This document shows positions 53,959 through 64,000 of a stretch of DNA of 64,000 nt, piece by piece (the stretch's first letter is position 1; every line of letters starts with the position of its first letter). Origin of the DNA: Bugula neritina. Its lineage: Eukaryota > Animalia > Bryozoa. Below the pieces are notes generated by a model. The model searched no databases and was not told the origin of the DNA. It was given only the letters and a program-made list of their open reading frames with translations. The translations under genes were made by a program, and so were the position numbers. Location: assembly GCA_964035545.1 (NCBI GenBank), contig OZ037768.1, forward strand, positions 17,343,875 to 17,407,874, written 5' to 3'.

Positions 53959-56900
53959 TCAATCTGCTTTGGTCACTGGCCATTTCCAGAGTACTATCTG
54001 CTTCCCAATTTGATTATTTTCATCTAGCACAGGCGAACGTTGATAGCTTCTCAGAAACTTCCACATACACCAAATATTAATCCAGAAGAAAAGAAGTGAA
54101 GCAGTCCACACTAGGCCCAGTATGTCATAGTGATGATATTCATAATAGTAAGCCGGCAAAAACCACACGCCCTAAAACGGTTAACAAAAAAACCAGTTTA
54201 CTTGACCAAAATATTAAATCCCATATGACAAAAAATCTATCAACAACCTCTCTTCACTTTAAAATGACAAACGAATGTATAACAATTGCAAAGCAAATTT
54301 GAAATGACTAGGATAAATAAATTCTTATTACGATTCGTATTTTACTCAAGTAAACTTACGGTAAAAGTAAAAACTAAATATTACATATGCAGTATATTAT
54401 CCAGCTCACCTGTGCTGCAAGCCATAATACAAACATAAGAGATGCTTCTTTGATGGACAGTTTAAGACTTGGCAGTATCAGTGGAAGTAAGCATAAGTAC
54501 CATAGAAAATACTACAAAATATTTAGCAACATATATTATTTGTCTGTGCATATACAAATATTCTGCCTCTGACAGATGAAAGCCAACTGGTAGTAAATGT
54601 TTTAAGTAAAATATACATGCATAGAAAAGCATATTAGTTAGCCTTGAAACTTTCCGAGCTAAATCAGTGAGTAGCATACAGTCAGACATTGTTCACTACA
54701 AATACCTCATATTTCACACCCACTGCTGGTAGAAGTTTTCCAGCATATTATTGCAATAGGAACTTTGAACTTATTCAAAATGCATAAAATTAAACAAAAT
54801 CGTAGAGCATTTAGCTCAGTTGATGAACACTATTGTATACCATACCTGAGAGGTGCACACTTTGTTGAACGTGACAAACGCTAGTGTAATGATGAACCAG
54901 CAGAAAGGAAGATCTCTGTAATATTTGTATGTGAAGGTGAGGGTAGCGCCTAGCTGTGGAAGGAAGGCAGACAGCCCGATAATAGAAGAAAATATTGGCG
55001 CAAGCTGTTCCGAGATTCTCAAGGGATAAAAGTATATAGAAAAATTATGTTGAATGTCTTTCCTCGTAATGTGATACAGGTACGTTTCATCCAAGAAGAT
55101 CTGTCCATACCTGCAACCCACAATGCCAAGATAATTCTGTGATGCATATAATTGCCTTACTTTTCACAAATAAAATAAAATTTGTAGTTCTATCATTTTA
55201 GCTTCACGTTATAATATTATGGAGAAAAAAAGGGTTTGAATCCTTATAGCGTCAATCTGCTTTGCAGCGTAAAATAAGTTGTGATCTGCTACACTTGTTG
55301 GATGAAAAATAATTGCCCCCAATAGGAATCAAACCCGAGTCCTCTGGCTTGCAAGCATGTGTGCTACCATTACACTACGGGAGCCACTGGGTAAACTCAT
55401 CACTACATTGGACAACTGTAGGTTCGCCTTTTTAGGGGGGTAGAAGGAGTCAAACCTCCTCCCTAACTAAATTATGTAAATCATATCTACGTGTGCATGG
55501 CAACAAATCAATGTGGCCAACAACCCACAGCAAAAAATTAATCTTTACATCTGAAAAATGCGAGTGGTTCAGCTAATTTCATGATCTGGAGTTCGGGGTT
55601 CACTCTAAACTTCCCAACTCCAGACGCTAAATTGCAAAATGCGTTCAACCAAATGCATTCTTAGAACAGAACTATAATTTTTCTTCCATAAAAATGTGGT
55701 TTTACTATTATAGCAGCTACTTACATAATGTAAAACATGAAGCACAGTCCAATGGTAACGAATGCGCCAATAGCAGCAAAGATCATAGAGATGTCACTCG
55801 GCCATAACAATGTCAAAACATATTGTAATTTAGTTTTAGCTTTCGTTCTATATGATAGTCCATACTGTTCATTCATCAGCAAATATATAGATGGAGCATA
55901 AACTATGGGGTAGGTTTTAGTATGTACTGCTAAAGCAAAGAGCAAAGCTGCTAGTACATTTTGCTTCTTTAAAATCAAATACAGAGTTCCAACAACCATA
56001 CACGCCAAAACAGATTCTGCGTTGCCTACAAATATACAGGTATTCACTGAGTTCACATTTTAATTTACAATAATTTTGAAGTATTCATCATTCTAAAACG
56101 AAACTAGCTTCATACAAATTGCACTGCTTAATATTTTAGTAAAAATATTTTGTCATTAAAGTGAAACTGAAAACCTATGCCATACCTACATACAATTCTT
56201 GCAGTTGATTTATTTTTTAACAACAGTTAAAAATTACAAGCTCATACAAACAATTCATGAACTCGTTTTTTAAATAAAAAATCAAGTATTATAATATATA
56301 CATTGCAAAACTATTCTAGTACATAGTTTACCATACCTCTTGTTGACACAACCAGTGGTAAGGGGTTAAAGACCCATGCAGCAGTACAAATGCTTCCAAC
56401 AGCATGGCTCACACCTCTCAACTCCAAAATTTTGAATAACAAGAAGCCATGAAGTATATCTAGTAGGCTAAACAGCAACTTTCCAAAGCACGGGTGTATA
56501 AATACATTGGGTACTAGTAAGTAGGCAATAAGTGGTGTGTAACGGAATGTTTCCCTTTCGTAAGGTGAGCCACCCTAAAAATATAGGAGTGCACATACTA
56601 GTGAAAAGAATTTTATAGTATTTTAATCACATACACTTCACAATACGCAATAAGATTTTTAACCATTTTATTAGAATTTAGATTAAAGTTGTCCCCCACA
56701 GCATTTATGACCACCAGAATTGAAGGTTAACTTTCATTGTAGCACTACAACCAGTTGCATAGTCAGCAAAAAGTACGGTTGCTGCCTTGCAATAAAATTC
56801 CACCAAGTCAACTCAGGTCAATGGCTAATCAGGTCAAATCAAATTATGGTTCAAACAGAAAATTTCAAGTGAAGTCTTGGTCAAGCCAATCAATGTAAAA

Positions 56901-59900
56901 AAAATTCACAAAGAATATCAAAAATACTTAATAAAACTCAAAATGGTAAATAGCTACACAAACGTGGAAGTTTAAACAAAATGTAGCTTCAGTTAAGCCA
57001 TATTCAATCAATAACAATAGAATTTTAAATAACTTCTGTAATAATGGCTACAAGTTACTAAATTTCTGCACCCTATATAACTTTTTAACGGCACCGAAAT
57101 TGCTACAACTTTCATGATAAAGCTATGAAATAAAGATAATGGGATCAATCTATCTGAATGCTTGCTATAAGTTTAAGTCCTCAAAACTAAACTATCACTT
57201 AACTTTTGAACATTCAAGATCTATTGTTTGATATCTCTACTATATATTATAGTACTGAAAATAGATAAAACTCTAATAGAGCAAAACAATAATAAATATT
57301 GCAACATTGCCATAAATTTTTATGCCTTTTATCATGTATTTAATAAAATATTTTCTCCTAGCTATTTTTATTATTTACTTTTGTGGGTTAAGTATAAAAA
57401 ATATTTTTTTCATTCAAAGTTAATTCATTCATTCATCTCTTTTATAAGAAAGTATAGCAACACAACAAAAACTATAAACAACGTAACTTAAATGGTAGCA
57501 TAAAAAGAACCTAATACTAAAATATATATGTTTATCAGATACTAACTTAAATATTGTTGTTTTCCTGATATTGGCTTCACACTAATCCAAAGAAAATTTA
57601 TCGTAGGAGTTAATAAATTAAAATATGATCTTCCTAGCCAGAATCAGAATAGCTAAATTCTTAGGAGTAATAATGTAATAAGTTGTGGATTTTTGAATGT
57701 AATCAGGCAGAGAACATAACTCCTTGCAAGTGATAAGAGAGTTCTTGTAGAGTGTGCTAAGTAAGCTTTCTTGGTAAGAGTAGTTTCTTCCAGTGTGAGC
57801 TCCTGTCTTCAACTGCCTGGGAGCTCAAAATGGGCCTTCTTTTATACTAGTCAAACAAAAGGAGTCTAGAACCTTCGACCTACAATAGGCCAAATTTCGG
57901 AATGACAGGTTTTGGTGTGCCGACATTCGGAATGTCGGTTGGTTGACAAGCCGAACTTCGGTCGAGATCGATTTACATTGAGTAAGCAAAAATGAAACAA
58001 AGTTAAGGGGGCTAAGTATCGCTATTTAACATGAATAATTATAAGAATGTGTATTGAGAGAGATAACTCTATAAAATACCACAATACTACTAGAAAATTT
58101 GAAATTAGATTCACATATTAAAAAGTTTCATTTAATATTTCCAACAAAGGTACAATTTTACCATATAAAACTCTAGAAATATTTTTTACTTAAAGATGCT
58201 GCTGATACATGAGATCCATGTATTAACACGTTAAAAACTAAATTAAGTATTAGACATAGTTTGTTTTACTAAAAATCTAAAGGGTAGAAATTTTCAGTAA
58301 CTGGTGCTAAAATTAAGACTCTTATAGAATCCTTGCACAAATATAGAAAATTTAGTACGAATGTTATGTTGCACCATGACCACTCTAAACCAATCATGAT
58401 ATTTCTTAAATCCGTGTGAATTTTTACATACAGCAGTTACACTAATTTGAACTTTGTCAATGCTAGATCGTGCAACTTCAGCTTATACCTAAAAAAACTT
58501 AAGCCTTTTGCTTCCCACTGTTTAAGGGAGGCTCTGGGTTTCTGAATCTAGGTAAGAGAATGGTAGTTTAAAGCCTAGTCAATTTAAAAAATATGATATT
58601 ACTCTTTCCAAAACATTAAGAGACTGATAAAGAGCACCTGGTTTTGCCCCTTGCAGTTTCCATAAGTTGGCTCTTGCAGAATGAGGTTGGGTTTTTAAGG
58701 CTCTCTGTCATCCAGCACTCAACTTTAATAGTTTTACTGTAAGCATTGTGGCACAGCTTTTGCAGCCTTTGTTTATGCTGGCTTATAACTACCCTCATCT
58801 ACAAGTCTAGAAGGGTGAAAAGCCTAGAACATATGGATCATCAATGTCTGTTGGATATTTCTATAAACCAACATCAGTTTAAACAAAGTTGGAAAACTAA
58901 TTACAAACACTTGGTAAAAATTACTGATCCAGGACTTCTACGATCTCGAAAGAGGGGCAAGCGTGGCGGAGTTAGAGTAACTCGAAGTAATAAAACTGGC
59001 AAAGTGCCTCTACCTGCAGTTTTTCTCCCTAATGCACAAGCCGTAAAAATGCTCAGTGAATGGGCTCATTAGGACCAACTAACTCAACAACCAATCTCAG
59101 CTCATTTGCATAACCAAATTCTGGCTTACTCCAGAAGTGCTCCATTTAAGAACCGAGCTTGAAGGTTCTGAACAGTTCTGAAGGGACAGACTCCTAGATG
59201 CTAGCGGTAAAACCTGTGAAGGTGGCATTTTGGTCTATATTAAGAGCAAATGGTTAACAAATAATAGCATTATATTTAACTATACGGCAATTACTGTGAA
59301 ATTCTGACAATTGAATCAATACCTTACTGGCCCCCAAGAAAGTTTACCTCAATTATCTCTGTTTCATGTTATACTCTTTTCGCCGGCGCTTCCAGACTAA
59401 AACAAAATGTTTCATCCACAGGTATCAACACTTGTCAAAGAACTAGAGAAAAAAACACCCAGATTCATGCATTTTTGTGATTGTGGATTTTATTCAGCTT
59501 CCTTTTAAACTTGATGAATAATATCAGTCAAGACACCTACACAGAACAATAAAAGTCTTGATAAGTGCTAAATCCTTTATCTTGAACAGAATTACTGGTG
59601 AGCTCTATGCACCGTGAGCTGGCTCAATCAGGTCCCGGTCAAGAAGGTCTTGCACTTGCTGGCTCACCTTCTCCGGGCCCAGTCATCGAGTAGGCTGCCT
59701 GATAAAGATGGTGCCGGCTACTGGGGGTATTTCGTAACAGACGACGTCGGTCAGCCCTATGTTGTCGTTTCCACATCTGAATACATCACCGTATTCCAAG
59801 AGCAGTTGAGCCAGCTCTTGGCGCCACGAAATATTCCTACAGCTTCCACAAGCTCCTTCGTACAGTTCAGTCACATACTCCGGAATGGCTCCTTGTCTGG

Positions 59901-62077
59901 TCTGAGGGCCCTGAGTTACAGTGCCGGTCCGACATCTCCTTTTTGGATAGAGTGGCACTTCCCCACCAATGCACTAGCCTGCAGCTTGAAGGACTTCTTG
60001 AATGGGTTGATGCATTGCACGAGGAGCTCTCCCCAGACAGTCTAGCTGATTCAGGCTGTTTGCCAGTTGGATCCTACTGTGCATCTTCTCCACCACTCCC
60101 AGCTTCGCAATCCTCCTGCAGTTGTCCCTGCAGCGTAGGGTGACTTTGGACCGCTCTGGTGCCGTAAAGTCCTGTACTACCTAGATTCCGCCCACCAAAG
60201 GCCTGCCAAACTTGCTAATACAGACAAGTTCTTTTCCAGCCATAACTACCGCCGACCTCTGGAAGTCCATGCAACACTGGTGTTTCTCCAGGTGGCTGAC
60301 AATGAAAGTCTTGTGAATCACTTGATCATGGACTCTTCCAGGTAGTGTGATGATGACGTAGATAGGAATGCATGATCTGTCCAACAACGTACCATACGTA
60401 CCTTCGTATGGCTCGAGGCCCGCCCGCTCTTGAGTACCAAGAATGTCGAAGAGACGCCGACTCAGCAGGCCCGTAGTACACCCAGTGTATAGTAGGAAAT
60501 TGGCAGCTTTACCCACAATCTTCCTGGGTAGGAAGTAGCTGCTTCCATACGACTGGGTGCTCCTGGTCAGTCTCTGAGGGAGATACTTCTTGGGTCCAGA
60601 ACATACCGTGATAATAACTGCCAAAATCTCCTACGCTATATATTAAATCAATCAATCAAGTCTTAGTATGCATAATGATGATCCCAAAATGCTAGCTGAT
60701 TCTCATGGCAAAACACCAGTAAATTTTCAGATCTGGTAGACACATAGTTGTTGTTTGGAATCCCGAAGCCCCTGTAGCGCAATTGGTTAGCGCACCTGTT
60801 TGCAAGCCGGAGGTCTGTGGTTCGAATCCCGGTGGGAGCAATTATTTTACAAGTTATTTTGACCTTGTCTGGTGGAAGTACTCTCAGGGAGTTGAGTAGC
60901 GAGTGGAGCCCATAAACTGACAGAGTATGTGGGGGCCAGTGCAGTTCTGGAGAGAACTGGGTGGGATGTTGCTTGGAATCTCAAAGCCCCTGTAGCGTAA
61001 TTGGTTAGCGCGCCTGCTTGCAAGCCGGAGGTCTGTAGTTCAAATCCCGGTGGAGGCAATTATTTTACAATAGGCTTAACTGTATTAGAACTTAGATTCA
61101 TAGGGATAGCCAACATCAAGCTCAACACCAATTTGAAACACCCATTGGTCCTTAATATTAACCACTACTATTACAATTAGTATTGCAATCAAGTAACTCC
61201 AATCAAAATTAATCACTTTTTGACATTTTGGCTTTTGAAATTAGTGTTTACTATTCATTACAGCTCTCACTATCACTATGATCATACTGATAATGCTGCA
61301 ATAGTAGGCCTAATACTAATTATTTCTAATAGTATTCTACTAGCCTATAATTTATTATCAATAAGAATATCATCAAAATGATAATAATTATAACTATTAT
61401 TATTTGATGATGATTCCCTTGCAATCAAATGAAAACGTTAATAATTATCTAGTTAAACCTACAAATAAAAATTTAGTGAATGTATAGCTACTAGTATTAC
61501 TATAAGTATAGGTATATGAAGAAATTGAAATTGACTCTTTATAAGTTATTATTTTAAGCCTAAGGGTAAGTTAAAGTGTTAAAGTATAACTATGACATAA
61601 TGATTAACTTAAAGTTTATCATAATGTTTTACTTATAGTTATACTAATAGTAATAGTAATAGTCATACTTCAACTTGCACTTCTGTCATCAAGACTCAAG
61701 TATAGTCATCTACTTCTAGTAATTGACTTTTATGTAATTAAAGTGCAAATAACGATAAGCTCTAGCTACTTGCACTTCTGTCATCAAGACTCAAGTATGC
61801 TGTATAGTCATCTTGATCTAGTAATTGACTTTTAGTTTTATGTAATTAAACTTAAAGTAAAAGTGCAAATAACGATAAGCTCTAGTTAGTAAAATAAAAA
61901 CTCTCTGATGTTAAAGCTTACTTTATATACATGTGCTGCAGCATCGGAAAATACTGAATAATCGATGTCTGTGTATTGAAGATCGAATGCTTTATCTTGC
62001 CATTCTCCATAACCTATCAATAGGAGCCGTAGTAGTACGCCACCAAAAAGTATGGCCCATAAACTGCCAAAAGGCAT
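53959..62077 (-). CDS. PIGM: GPI mannosyltransferase 1 (PIG-M), ~6 coding exons
   Basis: Exon 1 (62077-61922) has the YTDIDYSVFSDAA DXD motif. Exon 2 (~56574-56338) reads SPYERETFRYTPL...FNPLPLVVSTR and exon 3 GNAESV...HTKTYPIVY. Exon 4 has YLYHITRKDIQHNFSIYFY...FVTFNKVCTSQ, exon 5 YF..YLCLLP, and exon 6 WFLPAYYYEY...*. Confidence 0.93.
55309..55384 (-). mobile_element. tRNA-like SINE head (family C)
   Basis: The minus strand reads gctcccgtagtgtaatggtagcacacatgcttgcaagccagaggactcgggtttgattcc...gggggcaattatt. It is related to the 60768 and 60986 units. Confidence 0.6.
58770..59575 (+). pseudogene. Decayed LINE 5'/APE endonuclease fragment in PIGM intron 1
   Basis: LRSRKRGKRGGVR...PLPAVFLPNAQ leader, followed by frameshifted APE motifs (ICITKFWL; RDR..SGK..GGILVYI). 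Confidence 0.65.
59580..60624 (-). pseudogene. Ty3/Gypsy LTR-retrotransposon pol fragment (aspartic protease to RT N-terminus)
   Basis: FLLYTGCTTGLLS is a mutated D-T-G protease motif. ELAQLLLEYGDVF...IGLTDVVCYEIP...IRQP is the pre-RT region. The fragment is markedly GC-richer than its flanks. Confidence 0.75.
60768..60840 (+). pseudogene. tRNA-like unit (TGC anticodon-like), SINE head / pseudo-tRNA, copy 1
   Basis: A box tagcgcaattgg and B box ggttcgaatcc are present, but the acceptor, anticodon and T stems are mismatched. Confidence 0.6.
60986..61058 (+). pseudogene. tRNA-like unit, copy 2 (218 bp downstream)
   Basis: Near-identical to copy 1, including the flanks ttggaatc..aag and attattttacaa. 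Confidence 0.6.
61673..61885. repeat. Tandem duplication (93 vs 118 bp) within a 5+1 periodic field in PIGM intron 1
   Basis: Copy 1 is 61673-61765 and copy 2 is 61768-61885. They differ by +7, +6, +6 and +6 nt indels. Confidence 0.9.
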
Positions 62078-62753
62078 TGTGTTGTTTTTAAAATAAATTA
62101 TTAATAAGACTAAAACATATACACGCTGTAAATAATAAATATTTTAGCGGGCAATACTACATTCATCGATTGGATTCCGTAAAAATACTTTAATATTAAT
62201 AATTAATTTATAATTATACAGATATTATAAATACAGATTTAAAAGTTGGGGGAATGGGAAGTTTGAACGTAGCCTTACCCGCACAGTGAATTTGTAACTT
62301 GCCGTCTTTTGGACCCCTCACCAAGCTTTTTACTGTAGAGGTTTGCTATATTGAGAAAACTTTCAGCTGAAGTTTAAAGTGAGAGGCTAACTCCAACAAT
62401 TCAAAATTATTATTTGTTTTTTCATTCAGATAGTTGTTGTAAATTGCGCATGTTGTGATAAATTATGGGTTTTGTAAAAACTCAACTAGAGAACATAACC
62501 CATTGTTAGCAAAAGAAAGAAGGCAATTATAGGTATAAGATGTCTTTATTGGCATGCTCCCAAGAACAGTATAATAACCTGTATATAGGTAGCTCCAGCA
62601 GCAGACTGAATCTAAGCTGGCGAGCTCGCCCTTTCAAATTCTAAGCTCCAGAGTCTAGAATATTTCATCAAAATCCGGCCGATTGCCCAAATTTAGTCAC
62701 ATAAGATTTTTTAAAAGAAAATAGGTATATACGTATTACTTTCACAATCTGAA

Positions 62754-62818
<65 letters not shown>

Positions 62819-62853
62819 TATATATATATATTGCGAAGGTGTGGGCCATGGTA

Positions 62854-62908
62854 CTCTGTTCTGTGCTGATGAGGGGACAAATCCCGAAACAGCTGCTGTC
62901 CACAGATT

Positions 62909-62911
<3 letters not shown>
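62854..62911 (+). ncRNA. Type I hammerhead ribozyme
   Basis: Stem I tctgtg/cacaga; CTGATGA 62866-72; stem II gggg-acaaa-tccc; GAAA 62886-89; stem III (a)cag-ctg-ctg(t); GTC cleavage triplet 62898-62900. The motif is flanked by (TA)n on both sides. Confidence 0.88.
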
Positions 62912-62990
<79 letters not shown>

Positions 62991-63330
62991 TAGCCGAAGC
63001 TCTCTACATTAAACAAATAAAACCGCAACTCAATAAACAAAATTACTCCATACCACTAAAACTATATCAATAGCTCCACACTACCCAACTCTCATATAGT
63101 TTCACTAATTCTTGCTTTTTTTATATTTGGATATCTATTTTTTTCTTTTTGTCAACTATTTAATTTATTTTTATGCAAAAAAAAATTCAGTATAATTTTT
63201 GACCTGCGTAATATATAAAATAAGATTATCTCGCTAAGTTTCAATAATTTACAATAACTGCCACTCTCTATTCTTTGTGTCATGCATAACGTCTTACGTA
63301 ACATAATAATTTTTGAATTTCATTCATTGC

Positions 63331-63370
63331 TACTCTGAAGATGGGTACAGTGGTACCCGTAATATCAGTA
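63331..63370 (+). ncRNA. Minimal/degenerate type I hammerhead motif
   Basis: tact-CTGAAGA-t-gggtac-agtg-gtaccc-GTAA-ta-TC-agta. The core GAAA is mutated to GTAA and stem III is essentially absent. It is followed by AATAAA and (TA)n. Confidence 0.55.
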
Positions 63371-63423
63371 TAATTACTTTGCCTAATAAAGTAATAAATC
63401 AACAATGTTTCTCGTATACTTAT

Positions 63424-63517
<94 letters not shown>

Positions 63518-63568
63518 GTAGTGTGTTCAGATTGTTAATGATACATATATATTTTTTTATTTAAAAAA

Positions 63569-63621
63569 TCTCACACGACTATATAGTTTCGTACAGTGAA
63601 CTGCACTCGTCAGGTGTTAGA
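63569..63621 (-). ncRNA. Type I hammerhead ribozyme with palindromic stem-loop III
   Basis: The minus strand reads tctaacac-CTGACGA-gtgcag-ttca-ctgtac-GAAA-ctatatag-TC-gtgtgaga. AATAAA and (TA)n lie downstream. Confidence 0.88.
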
Positions 63622-64000
63622 CTAAAAATAAATAAAATCTATGAAGCATACCGATTATTCAAATTTTTACCTAAAGAAAATTATCATGCTAAACACAACG
63701 TAAAACGAAATGCAAACATAGTAGTGGATTTGGTGTTATCTATTAATTAATTAAATTGCTCTTTTTCTAAAGGATTAGACTATAAAAGCTAGATGTTTGA
63801 TGGAAAGGCTAATTTATAATAGGTAGTACTATGGTTGAAAGTTGTTAGTATTGTTATGTGATGTTGCCCAGGTAGTGCTTACGTGCATGTCTGCATGTGG
63901 ATAGAATCTCATTTCTGTTATTAAGGGAAGATTTGCTGGGCTGGTATATTATGAAATATTTTTCCCATAGGCAGAGGTTGCACCTTTTAGTGACTTTGTT

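Larger units (their letters stand above)
62762..63514. repeat. Cluster of (TA)n microsatellites
   Basis: TA tracts at ~62762-62831, 62912-62985 and 63429-63514. Confidence 0.95.

Noticed and set aside
60768-61058. Functional tRNA-Ala genes
   Set aside because: The anticodon, T and acceptor stems are mismatched, so these are treated as SINE/pseudo-tRNA units.

Overview
AT-rich, intron-containing metazoan (invertebrate) genomic DNA; there is no sign of prokaryotic systems. Six spliced protein-coding genes are present: USP40 (-, runs off the left edge), a KIAA0319/AAVR-like PKD receptor (+), DNAJC12 (-), COPS6 (+), a BCL11-like-N-terminus C2H2 zinc-finger gene (+) and PIGM (-). USP40/KIAA0319-like and DNAJC12/COPS6 are head-to-head pairs. 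Mobile DNA includes two fairly young APE/RT LINE copies, two decayed LINE fragments, a Gypsy pol fragment, tRNA-derived SINEs and several TIR MITEs. Two signals stand out. (1) Every gene 5' region is embedded in 'scar fields' that follow one rule: a 5-bp direct repeat, whose first and last bases are complementary, separated by a single C or G. A local tandem duplication in PIGM intron 1 shows three such +6-nt events between its two copies. This suggests a promoter-targeted cut-and-repair or transposon-excision footprint process. (2) Three type I hammerhead ribozyme motifs (Penelope/retrozyme-like) sit at (TA)n tracts at 62.8-63.6 kb. Exon coordinates were read by eye and are approximate.
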